Under the pieces are notes generated by a model that saw nothing but the letters and a program-made list of their open reading frames with translations, ran no database searches and had not been told where the DNA came from. This document shows positions 12,692-24,426 of a DNA stretch of 64,000 bases, one piece after another. Position numbers and translations under genes: made by a program. Source of the DNA: Saprolegnia diclina VS20 (taxonomy: Eukaryota); NCBI RefSeq assembly GCF_000281045.1, contig NW_008246143.1, positions 71,632 through 135,631 on the forward strand. The letters run 5' to 3'. Within the stretch, counting starts at the first letter, position 1. Each line of letters starts with the position of its first letter.

Positions 12692-15009
12692 ATGGGTGTT
12701 CCCACGACCATGCCCCGCCTCCGCCGGTCGTCGTCCGCGCGCGCCAAAGAAGAAATCGTCGACCTCCACCACCTCGCGCCTCTCGACGCCAAGTGCACGC
12801 ACGGTGCAATTCCCCGCGCCCAAGTGTACAAGCTCCCGACATCATCGCTGGCCGCCAACAGCTACCTTCCATCGGGCCACAACGCCTACGACGGGTATGT
12901 GGGCGACGTTGTCGCCGCGAGCGTCGTTGACGGCACGTGTATTGTCGAAGTTGGTGTCCGGTACTGCCATGCTTCTCATGCTCACTGGTACTCACTATCA
13001 AGCATGTTGCCAACTAGGTCAGTGCCAGCGACCACGGCGCTGCTTGAGGCGGCCCAAGCCCTCGGGCACCGCGTGACGTACTGCGCGGTGGCCGACACGG
13101 ACGACGCATTGGACACGTTTATCGAAGCAGTGTCGTCGGCGTGCCCCAAGATTGAGTGCACGGGTGTCGCCGGCGCCCTCGTCGACTCGCTCGAGCTGCT
13201 ACCACCGGCGTCGCGACGCACCTACCTCCTCTCGCTCGCGCACTTGACGCTTGAAGAGGCCCACACGGTCTTGGACCCGTTCGCTTCGTCCTACTTGCGC
13301 CAAGACGACGTTCTTTTGTGCACGTTCCCGACGTCCCTCGTTGAACCGGACGCGGTCCTTCCAGTACTCACCGACTTGCTCCAGCCTGCCGGTGCGCTCG
13401 AGTGCCACAAAGCCTCCTTGAAAGATGCTACGAACGAGTCGCTCTTCCTCAAGGCCGCATCCGTGGACCCCAACACGAAGGACGGCTGGTACCTCATTGA
13501 CACGGTGCTTGCACCGGCGGCGATTGACGAGCTTCTCAGCCCGTTTTATCCTGCTGCCACGTGGACGAACGCTCAGTACGCCACATACTTGGTCCAGAAA
13601 CCTCTGTTGACGCTCGAGCCCACGGTCAAAGCGTCGGGGCTCAAGCACGCTCCGTCGCTCGAAGACCTCGAAAACCTCTGGCGCAGCTGGGATGCCAAGG
13701 CGACGGCCGCGCCCCGTACGAACCAAGCGCCGACGCTTATCGAATGGGAGTCGCTGTGGACGGCGCTGGACGTCGTCATGCTCCAGATGCTGCCGCGCGA
13801 CCGCTATCTCGAGGCGCCCGTGGCCGAGCGTCCACCTTTTGTGTACTACATTGGTCATGTGCCGGCGTTCATTGATGCCCACGTCGCGGCAGCGATGGAC
13901 GAGCCCGTGACGTCGCCTGCCAGCATGCAAGATGTCTTTGGTGCTGACGCCAGCGCCACCGAGTGGCCCGACCTCGAAGCCATTGCGAGCTACCACGAAG
14001 ACGTCCGCACGCGCATTCGATTGCTCTACGGCAACGGCCTTCCGTCGGAAATGCGCCGTGTGCTCTGGCTCTGCTTTGAACAAAGCGCCATCTTGCTCGA
14101 GGTACAACTCTTTCATCTCGCCTTGCCCTTTCTAATATCCTATGTGTAGGCGTTTCTGGCGCTGCTGGTACAATGTGATGGTGTGCAGCCGCCGCCGCAC
14201 CTCGTCCACCCGCGCTTTGCAGTGCCGGCGCCCGTGGCCCCGGCTTCGTACGTACCGATTCGGTCGGGCGACGTCGTGCTCGGTCACGACGACGTCGACG
14301 GCGTCGACGACCACCCGTCGATTCCGTACGGCTGGGACAACGAGCGTCCGTCGCGAACTGTCGAGATCAACGACAGCGCGCTGTACGAAATGCAGTCGCG
14401 CCCGGTGACCGTGGCCGAGTATCAAGCGTTTCTCGCCGCCGGCAACGACGAACCAGGTGTACTGCAGCCGGCATCGTGGACTGCCGACGGCGCGCACGTC
14501 AAGACCGTGTTTGGGCCCGTTGCGCTCGAGCTCGCAGCTGCCTGGCCCGTCTACGTCTCGTTCGACCAAGCGAATGCCTATGCGACGGCGATCGGCCTGC
14601 GCCTGCCGCATGAGGCCGAAATGCTTGCGATGCGTCTTCCCGGGACGGGGCACAACGTCGGTCTGCGCCACTGGATCCCAACGCACGTGGAAGAGAACCC
14701 CGCTGGGTGGCACGCGGGGAATGCGTGGGAGTGGACGTGCGACGTCCTTGGGCCCCACGACGGGTTTGCCCCAAGTGAGCTCTGCCCTGTCCACACTGCC
14801 GCCTTCTTGTACGTATCTCGAAGTCGATGTCGTGGCACTTATGTCTACTACGCCCTAGTGACGGCGGCCACAACGTGCTCGTGGGCGCAAGCTGGGCCAC
14901 GCTTCCGCGCATTGCCAACCGGCGCACGTTCCGCCACTGGGCGCCGCGCACCGCCTCGGACGTCTTTGCGACGTTCCGCTGCGTCAAGACGACCGTGTCG
15001 CCGCAGTAG
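12692..15009 (+). CDS. Egt1-like fusion (EgtD-type methyltransferase + DinB_2 + FGE-sulfatase), catalytically degenerate; 4 predicted exons
   Basis: PPFVYYIGHVPAFID, WPDLEAIASYHEDVRTRI, RVLWLCFEQSAILLE|AFLALLVQ, YGWDNERP, GNAWEWT and FF|DGGHNVLVGASWATLPRIA resemble fungal Egt1 blocks. The N-terminal IVEVG..TTALLEA..VTYCAV resembles EgtD. Introns at about 12961-13017, 14102-14149 and 14809-14858. Confidence 0.82.
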
Positions 15010-15163
15010 GTGTTAGTCGCGCCTCCTTTCTTGTAGTTTATGCATTCATCTTTCCACGTAATCGACTTTGCATTATAACCTCGTTCGATTATGGAGCATT
15101 GTGGGTCAAGGTTCATCCACGACAAGTACGAGGGATATATCGCTGAAGCGCACCTGCGACGCT

Positions 15164-16156
15164 CTACGGTAGGTGCTTCTCGGACCGCAACCAGTCGATC
15201 GTCTTGGCAATACTCTCAGCGACGGGTAGCTGCTCGTACCCGAGCTCGTCAATGGCTTTGGTCGACTGCACCGTCGGATCACAGCCCATCGCGAGTGCAC
15301 CTTCGTACGTGATGTCGGGCTCACGCCGCGTGAAGAGCGCCACAAACTCGTTCAGTCGCCCCACAAAGCGCAGCAGTGGTGCTGGCAGCGGCTGGCGCGT
15401 CTCGGATTTGCCCAGAAGCAAACTTGCAGTGTACACAAGCTCCTGGAACGACGCTGTCGGGCCGTGCAAGATGTAGTTGTGTCCGACGCGGCCGCGGTCG
15501 GCCGCCGCCACGATCGCGTTGGCAACGAACGGCGCGTACGAAAATGACCCGGCGCCCGGTGGAATTCCCGTCAGCTTCTTGCGCGAAATGAGCGTAAACA
15601 AGCGCGCCCAGTTGGCGCTATCGTGCGGTCCGAGAATGTGCGTCGGGTTGACAATCACAGCAGCGAGGCCGCGCGCCACGGCCGCCCGCACGATCTTCTC
15701 CGCCGCCGCCTTGGTTCGAAAGTAATGAATCGGCGCCGACGCACCGGTTTGCGCCGTCGACTCATCGATGATGTCGTTGCGATACCCATACGCCGCCGTC
15801 GAGCTGACAAACACAAAGCGCTTGGCGCGGCGCGTGAGAGCGGCGTCGCACATGGCAGACGTGGCGTCCACGTTGTCGGCCCACTGCGCCGCGTGCATCG
15901 GCTTCCAAAACGTGGTGTTGGCCGCGACGTGGAAGACTGCGTCGACGTCCATCGGCAGCACGGAAGCAATCGATGACGCGTCATGGATGTCTCCAAGCAC
16001 GCAGTCGACGCCGAGGGCAACGAGCGGTGCGATCTTGGACGACGGGCGATGGAGCGCGATGACGTGCCATGCGTCGTCGCGCAAGAGTGCGTCCACGAGG
16101 TTGCGTCCGAGAAACCCGGTGGCGCCCGTGACAAAAGCAATCTTCTTGGCTGGCAT
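15164..16156 (-). CDS. Extended SDR NAD(P)-dependent epimerase/dehydratase (DFR/HpnA/3-beta-HSD-like), intronless
   Basis: VTGATGFLG Rossmann motif, VFHVAA, FVFVSSTAAYG and catalytic YFRTK. Confidence 0.9.
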   Translation of the reverse strand: MPAKKIAFVTGATGFLGRNLVDALLRDDAWHVIALHRPSSKIAPLVALGVDCVLGDIHDASSIASVLPMDVDAVFHVAANTTFWKPMHAAQWADNVDATSAMCDAALTRRAKRFVFVSSTAAYGYRNDIIDESTAQTGASAPIHYFRTKAAAEKIVRAAVARGLAAVIVNPTHILGPHDSANWARLFTLISRKKLTGIPPGAGSFSYAPFVANAIVAAADRGRVGHNYILHGPTASFQELVYTASLLLGKSETRQPLPAPLLRFVGRLNEFVALFTRREPDITYEGALAMGCDPTVQSTKAIDELGYEQLPVAESIAKTIDWLRSEKHLP

Positions 16157-16176
16157 CGTACAATGTCGTGGATGGT

Positions 16177-16192
16177 CAAATGGAAAATGAGG
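16177..16192 (-). promoter_or_regulatory. Oomycete Inr+FPR-like core promoter
   Basis: Minus strand reads CCTCATTTTCCATTTG, about 20 nt upstream of the SDR ATG. Confidence 0.55.
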
Positions 16193-16456
16193 CACTGCGT
16201 TTGCACCACAGCGTCGACCCCGACGCCATCGCCCACAACATGCCACGTCATCCGGATAAGAATCCTCCACAGCGACATACAACAACACCGTTCAAGTATC
16301 CGGAAACGTGGGATTCGTATCTGGGGGATGATCGCGTCATCCCAAGCGCCAAGTGCGATGGCAACAACAACCATGGACAAACAACCACATGTGGACTTGG
16401 AGGCAAGGGCAACTATATACTCGGTTTCAAACTTGAAGTATCGAACCTATATTAAC

Positions 16457-18837
16457 TTAATTGGGCAAGTAATACCGATGACGGTCGTCTCGGAGCACGG
16501 GCACGTCGTCGTCGAAGCTGCACTCTCTCGAGTTGTCGATGAATACCATGCGCTCGTTGCTCTTGATGACTGGTGGCACCTTGCGCTTATTGCGCCGAGC
16601 GTCGGCTTCCTGGGCCAGTCGCTTTTGCCGCAAGCGACAGCGCAACACGCAGGTGCACAGCAGAAGGACAAAGGTTGCCGCCACGACGCCAATGACAACG
16701 TTTCGGCCGGGGCCGAAGTGGCTCATGTCGCCGTCCACGAGCCACTTGGGGGCGTAGCGCGTACAGCGGGGGCCAAGCCAATTGGGCAAACACTCGCAGC
16801 GCTGGGCCACGCATCTGCCCGTGACGACGTCGCCGGCAATCGTGCAGTCGTTGTGCGAGTGACAGGGCGCGCGGCCAACCACAGGTGTATCTGGGTTCTT
16901 TGCATCCGTGTAGTTGAGGATGTGCGCCTTGATAAACTCTTTAGTTGGGTGTGACGCCGGGTCGCAGCCGACGCTCATCGTCGCCGTGTCTTGCCACACG
17001 CGGATGTAGTCAATTTCCATAAACATCGGGAACGAGTTGCACACGTTGAGAGTGACGTTGGTGGGGTTGCCTCGGCAGTTGCCATTGTCGGCGTTTGGCG
17101 GTCGCGCACCTAATCGACAGCGCAATGGTGAGAACATAGAGTTTTGGTTAACAGTGAACGGACCCCAGGCGGCGGCGACAGCGACGTTAAAGATGATGTA
17201 GCTGGGCTCTTCAATCATGAGCTTCTTTGGGTTGGTTTCACGTCCGCCTTGGGGTGGAGTGGTCAGCGATGCGGACGGAATTTCAAAGATGACGGCGCCA
17301 TCGAGCATCCATCGGATGTATCCGTCGTCGCCGGTGACCCTAACCCGCACCCATGAGCATTCGAGGAGTTCAACTCAGAATGAGGTACCACTCGAGCTGG
17401 TACTTCCAAAACTGAATGTAGTGCTCAAACGTAATGTCCCAGTTGGCCGAGATGGCGTCCATTTGGTACTCAAACGGGTCCATCTGCTTGGTCTTGACGC
17501 TGCCGAGGCGCGGGTTGCCGCACTTGGTGCTCGTGCTGTCGGGGTCGCAGAGGTACCCGCCAATGTACCCGTTCGCAACCGGGAAGCACGTGCCCTTGTA
17601 GTTGATGCCCCAATGCAGCGGTCCGACGCCATCGATCAGGCCCAAATCAGCATTGACGTCGCGACCGGACGAGATGGTCTTGACGTCAAACGTATTGGAA
17701 ACAATGCGACCTTTTGCAGCAGCAACGCTCTCGTAGAGCTGGACTTCGACTTGGCGCGGGAGGCAGCGGTTGTTGGCGGCGTACCGAAGGCCTTGGTACC
17801 ACGACTTGTGCCCGCGGGCTGCAAACGCTGACGTCGGCGCGTCCGGCATGTTGGCGCCGGGCGTCTGGCAATCTTTGTTGTAGTAGCAGTTGATGCTGCC
17901 GTGCTCGATCGAGGCGTTGGGTGCGACCCGTCGGTATTCGTCCGGCATCCCGGGGGCGATTTGAATCGAGGTCGAGATCGCCGTGCCGCCGCCTTCGAGA
18001 ATGTCAATCTCGGGGGCCCCCCGGCCTTGGTGGGGGTTGAGCCCAAACCCGGGGTTCGCGTCGCACGCCGAGATGCGCTGATGGCTGCGATACCGCTCGT
18101 CGCACTCGTTGTACGTCCACGGCCACATGCGGTTGGTCGAGGCGGCAAAGAGTGCGCGGCCCAGGTTGCCCATGAGCCAAAGACCCGGCCACGTTGGGTA
18201 AAACTGAATGTCGGGAATGCGGTCGTTGGCCGCCAACTTGACCTTTTTCTTGAGCGTCGGGTCGTACCAGCCCGCGATGTGCGGGTTGTACGACTCGGTG
18301 TTGAGGGCACCCGGGAGCTTGGCGCTGATCTCAATGTAGCCGCCTTGGAGGCAGAACTTATTCCAAGACTGCACCATGCCGCCGGTGTAGTACTAAGGGA
18401 GGCTCAACCACCGTGAATAACACTTTGGCGCGTACCATGGTCTTGGTCTCGTACGACGGCTTGGCGCTCCAACTGTTCCAGTACGAGATCTCGGTGGGGC
18501 CTTCGTCGACGCGGATGACGAGCCGCCCGTTCTTGGTGTACACGTTGTGCGGCGTGTAGATCTCCCACGCGCGGTTCACGCCATCGGGGATATCGAGGGC
18601 CGACCACAGCGGGTCTTCGCCGGCCGTCAAGTTGCGTCCTTCCTGCTCAAACTCGTCGCTCATGACGAGGGTCCACGTCCCGCCACGAGACGACTGGATC
18701 GTGTGCGCAGAATCTGGTGTCGCCGGGTCGACCCAGATACCGATACCCGACTTCGTCGGCAACGAAGTATCGTTTTGGTCGATGGCCAGCGCGGCGGCGC
18801 CGAGAAGCACGCCCACACATACCGCTACTTGGTGCAT
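16457..18837 (-). CDS. Beta-glucan synthesis-associated KRE6/SKN1-like GH16 protein (signal peptide, C-terminal EGF-like domain and TM helix), multi-exon
   Basis: N-terminal hydrophobic signal; WVDPATP; LVMSDEF; GMVQSWNKFC; WPGLWLMGNLGRA; GRGAPEIDILE (GH16 ExDxxE); EEPSYIIFN; IDYIRVWQ; GCDP..HPT. Confidence 0.92.
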
Positions 18838-18896
18838 GGCACGAATCTAGAAATGGCACCCGCCCAGGTGAGCAATTTGTCGCGCGCCGAGCGATC

Positions 18897-18955
18897 TGAT
18901 TGGTCATCCATTGCGATTTGATTGGCGTATACGAAAGATCGGGCGCCGATTGGCT
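18897..18955 (-). promoter_or_regulatory. Cluster of CCAAT boxes upstream of the KRE6-like gene
   Basis: Three GATTGG hexamers (CCAATC on the minus strand) within about 60 nt, 60-120 nt upstream of the ATG. Confidence 0.4.
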
Positions 18956-19797
18956 GCAATGTGACACGGGCTCATTCCAACGCTGGCGCCGAGCTTTCCA
19001 ACGCTGCCGATACAGACACGCAAGTAAGTCACGCGTACAGAGACGGGATGGCGCGTTGTGCTTAACTGCAATGTGTCGTCTGATTGGCACTGTGTTTGTG
19101 TCTATTTTCTGGCTCGTTGCTAGACGGCTGTCAGTATCAAGGCCAGCACTTCGTGCTCGCGCTTGAGATCGACCGCCACCTTCCACGCTGTTGGCCGCCT
19201 TCCATGCCAGCTACATTGTGACTCACGATCATCATACGCATCCGTTGGGCGCTTAAATTAGCGAATAAACAACATCCTTGTCACACTCGGCACTCGTGCG
19301 TTCTCGGCGCCCAGATTGAATGCACAGTTGCGGTTTCCTAGACACCGTGGTCGGTATCCATCGTGCAGCGCCGTGCATGAGTCGGTACATGGTATATCGC
19401 GTGGCGCACTGCGAATGCGTCCTTCGAGCGTAGATGCTTCTATGCCAGAGGACGTTGTTCGTCGTTGATTCCCCGTTGCGGTGCTCGTAAAGCGTGAAAA
19501 GTGACCAGACGTCTCAAGGCGTAGAGACACGGTCTGGTTAGAATGTTGATTTGGATGATGCCTTGGCCGACCAGCCAAAGGACACGCATCATCACACTTC
19601 GTGCCGCACTACTGCACGCATCACATACTTGATGGCACGACAGCGCACAATATGGTCGTTGCGAAGACCAATGTGCCATTGCTCGCATCCGACTACACCA
19701 ACGGACGTTTATCATTGCGTTTCGTCGAAGGTGTCAACAACGCCTCGTGTCGATATGTTGAGGGTATGTCCGAGGAATTTACCAGTATTTGAATAAC

Positions 19798-20433
19798 TTA
19801 ATTTGTCGTGAGCACGCGGACCGAGTCCATCTTGGCCCGACAGAGCGGACAGCTGCTGCGCTCGTACAGCCACGTAAAGACGCAGTCTTTATGAAACGCA
19901 TGTGTGCACGGCAAGAGTGCGACGATCTCGTCGTCGATAGAATAGCCGCCGAGACAAATCGCGCACTGGTCGTCCGGGAACCGAAGCTCGTGCTTGGCCA
20001 TCGTCTTCCACGCACCTAAGAGCGCGCGTGGCATTTGCAGAAATTCGTGCAGCATGTGGTGCAAGTCGCTCAGATCTGCGTCGTCGTCGTGGAGGTGGCA
20101 GCAGGCGTCCGTGTAGATGTGCATAAGACCAAAGACAAACTGCTTGAGACCGACGGAACGTTCCGAGAGGACGGCGTGGATCAAGTTGTCAAAGCGCTTG
20201 CGCGGAAACGGCGTCGCCAGCAATGCGCGTACGCGAAGCACGATGCGGCCGCGGGTGTGAGCTGCCCACTTTTGCAGCTGCCGGCGAAATCGGAGGCAGT
20301 CCGAGTAGCGCTTCCGGACCGTCCATCGGCGCTGCGTCACGGGAAAGACGAGCTCAAAGTCGTAGCGCGTAAATGCGTGGTCTCCCGAAAACACAGTGCG
20401 CGTCTGCACGCAGTTGCCATACACGGTGAGCAT
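19798..20433 (-). CDS. PX domain + RING-H2 E3 ligase
   Basis: WTVRKRYS..F..L..FPRK..ERS.GL..F (PX) and CAICL...LLPCTHAFHKDCVFTWL...CPLCR (RING-H2). Confidence 0.9.
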   Translation of the reverse strand: MLTVYGNCVQTRTVFSGDHAFTRYDFELVFPVTQRRWTVRKRYSDCLRFRRQLQKWAAHTRGRIVLRVRALLATPFPRKRFDNLIHAVLSERSVGLKQFVFGLMHIYTDACCHLHDDDADLSDLHHMLHEFLQMPRALLGAWKTMAKHELRFPDDQCAICLGGYSIDDEIVALLPCTHAFHKDCVFTWLYERSSCPLCRAKMDSVRVLTTN

Positions 20434-20803
20434 CGCGTCAATAATATTTGAAAATGAGTCGAGACGAGCGATTCATTGGCAGTCCCACTTCGCTGGGAAG
20501 CGTCCGCGGGCTTCAAGGATCAAGGCATCTTCTTTCCGATAGCTACTGTACTCAGTGCTGCACCCACGAAGAAAGCTCACGGAGAAGGAGCCTCGACACT
20601 CGTTGAAGAACAAAACTCTTGGGCTGGACGTGCTGGTTCGTAGCATGCATCTCGTGCACGCGCTGCGGAGCCAAGGACTGGACATAGCGACGAGTCATTT
20701 CTATGGACCCACGTTGCGAGAAGAAGACAGTATCCTTGTCCAATGTCGTCTTACTAACTTTATCGTTTTCAGGTTATCTACGAGTGTATTGTTCTGCACT
20801 CGC

Positions 20804-21281
20804 ATGGAGATCGGGTCGACGCTGTCTACAGTATCGGCTTCCAGTGAGCCGGGAGATGCCAATGCGTTGAAGTTGAACCTCAACGCGGCCGGCGAATCTT
20901 CGTTGGCTGAGAAAAGCCCCTCAAATTCTGATGGGCAATTGCTCAAGGGAGGATTGTCAGGTGCACGCCAAATGGGTCACGTGAAATCTTCAACCACATT
21001 GATGTCCCAACAGAGGTGCGTCTGCCACATAGCAATCTACCGTCAAAACCAAAATCAACTCCGCAGTGGCGCACGACCGCGCCATCGAGAACCACGACAC
21101 TGGCGCCGACAAGCACGACAAGCAGAGAGAAGTGTCATGCCACGTGTGCCGGTCTCCAAGCCAATTGCTTGGTGCGTTCTCGCCGGCTACACTACGACAT
21201 CTGCTGCGTCCCGTCGTCGAGGCAGGAGCTATTACATTTTGGGTGCCCTTGGACGGAACGCATAGTACTCGTTACTCTTGA
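20804..21281 (+). CDS. Hypothetical small protein (2 predicted exons)
   Basis: ATG at 20804 and a candidate intron at about 21016-21066 (gtgcgt...ccgcag). No recognised domain. Confidence 0.3.
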
Positions 21282-21328
21282 CTGCGCATTTCAAGGTAAA
21301 GCTGAGCTATCGTTATTGGAGTGGTCGT

Positions 21329-22489
21329 TTACGCGGCTTCGTTCTCGTCGCGGGTGAAGTGCTGGTGCATCTTGCCGTCGAGAAAGTTGTTGAACTGCTT
21401 GCGCTCGTCGCACGAAAACCACATACTCATGACGTAGCGCGCGCCCGTCTCAACAGGTCGCACTTGGTGCAGGTTTTCCATGCCCGAATGAAACATCATG
21501 AGGCGACCTACATGGATCGATCGACCAGCGTCAACGTAATGCACACGAATGTCTACCTCGCGCCGGTTCAAACGTATGGTTCTTGTTGTCGTCGATGAAC
21601 ACAAAGAGGCCGCCGGTGAAGTCGATGCCGTAGTCCGAGAGGTAGACCAACCCCGAGTAGTCGTAGTGCCACGTATTGTTCTTATCGACGTGCGGGTGCC
21701 TAGCTCCACGTTGCTAAATCGCTCAAGAAGCGCTGTTCGTACCAGTACTCGTCGTGGATCTCGGCGGCGGTCCACGAGGCGTTGCCGATGATGCGCGTAA
21801 TGAACGTTGGTGCCGTAAAGTACAGCGTCGAGAGTTCAAACTCCTCCATGAGCGCTTGGCGAATCGACTCGATTGTGCTAGAAGAAGGATCAGAATCTCT
21901 GTGCGGTTGACTGTGGAGGCGAACCGTTTGTAGAGGTCGTACTGGGCGCGGCTAAAGCGCGTGGGCGGATCGGCCCGGTACAAGTTGGTCAAGCCATCGG
22001 CGTCCTTGACAAAACCTACGCCTTGCTCGCGTCGAACGCTTAGAAGATAAGTCCTACCCGTGTTGATGTCCATGATCGTAGGTCCACCGAGCATCGACCG
22101 GCCGGCCATGCCATGGTCGGCAATGCCCCGCAGCGCCGTGACGTCGGCGTCCGAGATGAACGCATCACGCACCGCACGACCGCACTTGGTACGCTTGTGG
22201 CAGCCGCGCACAAACGGCTGGTACTACAAAGCAGCTATCCATGAGCCACAGATAGGCGCTGCAAGTAGCATACTTGGTTGGAGCACGAGACGTTCCAGCG
22301 GTGGCGGGCGGGGACCCCGACGGTCGTCGGGCGCGGAAGGTGCAGCGCACTGCTGGCCTGCGCGTTGAGGTACCGAAGGTACAGCGCGAGCGCACCAAAG
22401 ACAATAGCTAGCACCCAGAAGGCTGGGCTCGACGTCTTGGTCGCTGCCTTGGCGGGCGCCGGTGGCTTCGGACTCGACTTCTTGGCCAT
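21329..22489 (-). CDS. OGFOD3-like 2OG-Fe(II) oxygenase (type II membrane), multi-exon
   Basis: N-terminal [62 protein letters not shown] (HxD); ENLHQV..V..G.R (distal His and Arg). Confidence 0.85.
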
Positions 22490-23138
22490 CGTGGATGGAG
22501 GCCAAATGGCAAATCTACGGATACAACTGTGTCATCCGGATAAATCGACGATCGCAGGTGGCTTTTGTGAGATGCTGAAGCCGCGAGGAGGTCGCGACAG
22601 GCCGACCTGCGGCGTCAGTGGAGCGAAGCAGGATAATGCATGCTGCACTGCGACATGGCCCCTTTGGGTCACTGCATAGACACATGCAGGGCAAGTGGAT
22701 TTGAAGCATGCTCGAGGGACATGGAGAACGGCAGCCAGCTTCCTGCAAAGGCTAGCAGCACGTAAGCTTAGGACATTCATGCATCAGCAGTTGGAGCCCA
22801 CGAGGCAGCGGAATGTATCATGAAGTTGCCAGCGATAGGACATCATGGTTATTGGCTCGACACGGTATCTTGGTCGTTGTATGGGGCAGGGCGAGGTGCG
22901 CATCGAAGCGACGCGGTCCCGGTCGGGCGCTCGTAGCAGCGGCGTGGGCGGCCTCCGTTGGCCGCGAAGCTCAATCAGCCCAAAGCTCGTGCTGTGGCGC
23001 TGCGGTTGTCGACGACGTAGCGGATCGCGACGACCATCACGCGCGACGCCTGAAAAAATAGTATCTTTTGAGCCAGTTGCCAACATTCTCGGGTTCGAAA
23101 TTCCTCATTTTTCAACAAGTCGTCGCGGTAGCAGCAAC

Positions 23139-23786
23139 ATGCAGCGTGGCGGCCTCGTGCGCATGGTGTCCATCTCGCCGGACATGGACACGAGCGAGTC
23201 GCTGCCGTACGTCTCGGCCATCGTCTTTGACTGGACCAACGTGCTCTGCCCCACGACGTGGCTTCAGGGCATCACGCTCGCGGCCGCGAAGGACGGGCCC
23301 GAGTTCCACCTTGTCGCCGCCTCCTTGCGCCAGCTCGACACCGACATCCTTGCGCTCCTCAACCACGCGAGTCGCCTCGGCGCTGTTTACATCACCTCCA
23401 TTCACACACAGGCGTACCTCGAACAGCTCTGTCGAGCAGTCTTGCCGCGGACGGGCCAGCTCCTCTTTCATCCGTGCTCCAGCGTCCAGCTCGTGTGTGC
23501 GTCGTCAGTACCGTCACCGACGTGGTACGCGCAGGTTCTCCAAGCAATCTACACGCGCACCGCGAGCCATGAAGGCATCGACCAGCCCATCTCGGTGCTT
23601 GCCATCGGCCACGACCAGACGTGGCATTGGAGCCTCGCTCAAGTGAGCCACCACGTCGTGCCAAAGCGCTTGGTTCTCACAACGCTCGAGCCCAACTTGC
23701 CCGACTGTATCGAGAAGCTCAAGCAGCTCGAAGCGATCCTAGACGATGTCGCCTTCCATCGCGGCCCGCTGCACCTCGTCGTGTAG
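23139..23786 (+). CDS. HAD-like fold protein with degenerate DxD motif (paralog A)
   Basis: AIVFDWTNVLCPTTWL resembles the FDWDDTLxPT family; LL..A..LG.VYIT follows. Inr-like CTCATTTTTC at about 23104. Confidence 0.65.
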   Translation: MQRGGLVRMVSISPDMDTSESLPYVSAIVFDWTNVLCPTTWLQGITLAAAKDGPEFHLVAASLRQLDTDILALLNHASRLGAVYITSIHTQAYLEQLCRAVLPRTGQLLFHPCSSVQLVCASSVPSPTWYAQVLQAIYTRTASHEGIDQPISVLAIGHDQTWHWSLAQVSHHVVPKRLVLTTLEPNLPDCIEKLKQLEAILDDVAFHRGPLHLVV

Positions 23787-24385
23787 TATCCCCTTTCCTC
23801 AAAGGACTCCTTTCCTTTTGCTATAAGTCTTGCGCCATGTACAGCAGCGGCAAACAGGTCGAATATTGCGAACATCGACTCTGTGCAGTTGGCAAGTGGC
23901 AGCTGTGGGCCACACGACGACAGGGCTGAGCAGAACGCATTCAAGCACTACTGCGCTCGCTCACTGTGCTTGGTCGGGGCGTGAAGTAGGCTACCGCTGC
24001 ATGGCGCCCATGTGATTTGTTAGCTTGTTCGGAATATATTGGATACGGGCAGCAGTTGCACATATACCCTATGAATATGAATCCGAATGGGAAGACTCTC
24101 TGTCAACCAGCGACAATGCAACCGAGTGCCGAGGTCCCGCGTGAGAGAGTCTTGGACCTATGTTGAGATGCTCCTGCACTGGTACAGGCCTTCACAAAGG
24201 AACTTACTTCCTGTCTTGGTATCTTGGGGCGGACCTTCATCGATTCGCCTTGCGAGCGGCCATCTCGATCGCGAGTGATGGTCGTTTCGACAAGCAGTCC
24301 TTTTGAAATACGTTAATCAAGTCGATGAGCAGGTGTTTAAAACAATAACGACCATCATTCCTATTTGGATCTGCGTGACGTGGAT

Positions 24386-24402
24386 GCTCACTTTTCATTT
24401 GC
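24386..24402 (+). promoter_or_regulatory. Oomycete Inr+FPR-like core promoter
   Basis: GCTCACTTTTCATTTGC, 25 nt upstream of ATG 24427. Confidence 0.55.
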
Positions 24403-24426
24403 TCCTGTTCGCACCGCACCACCAGC

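Noticed and set aside
12692..15009. Calling the gene a functional egt1
   Set aside because: The Fe-binding HxxxH, the catalytic Tyr and the SAM motif appear substituted, so the gene symbol was withheld.
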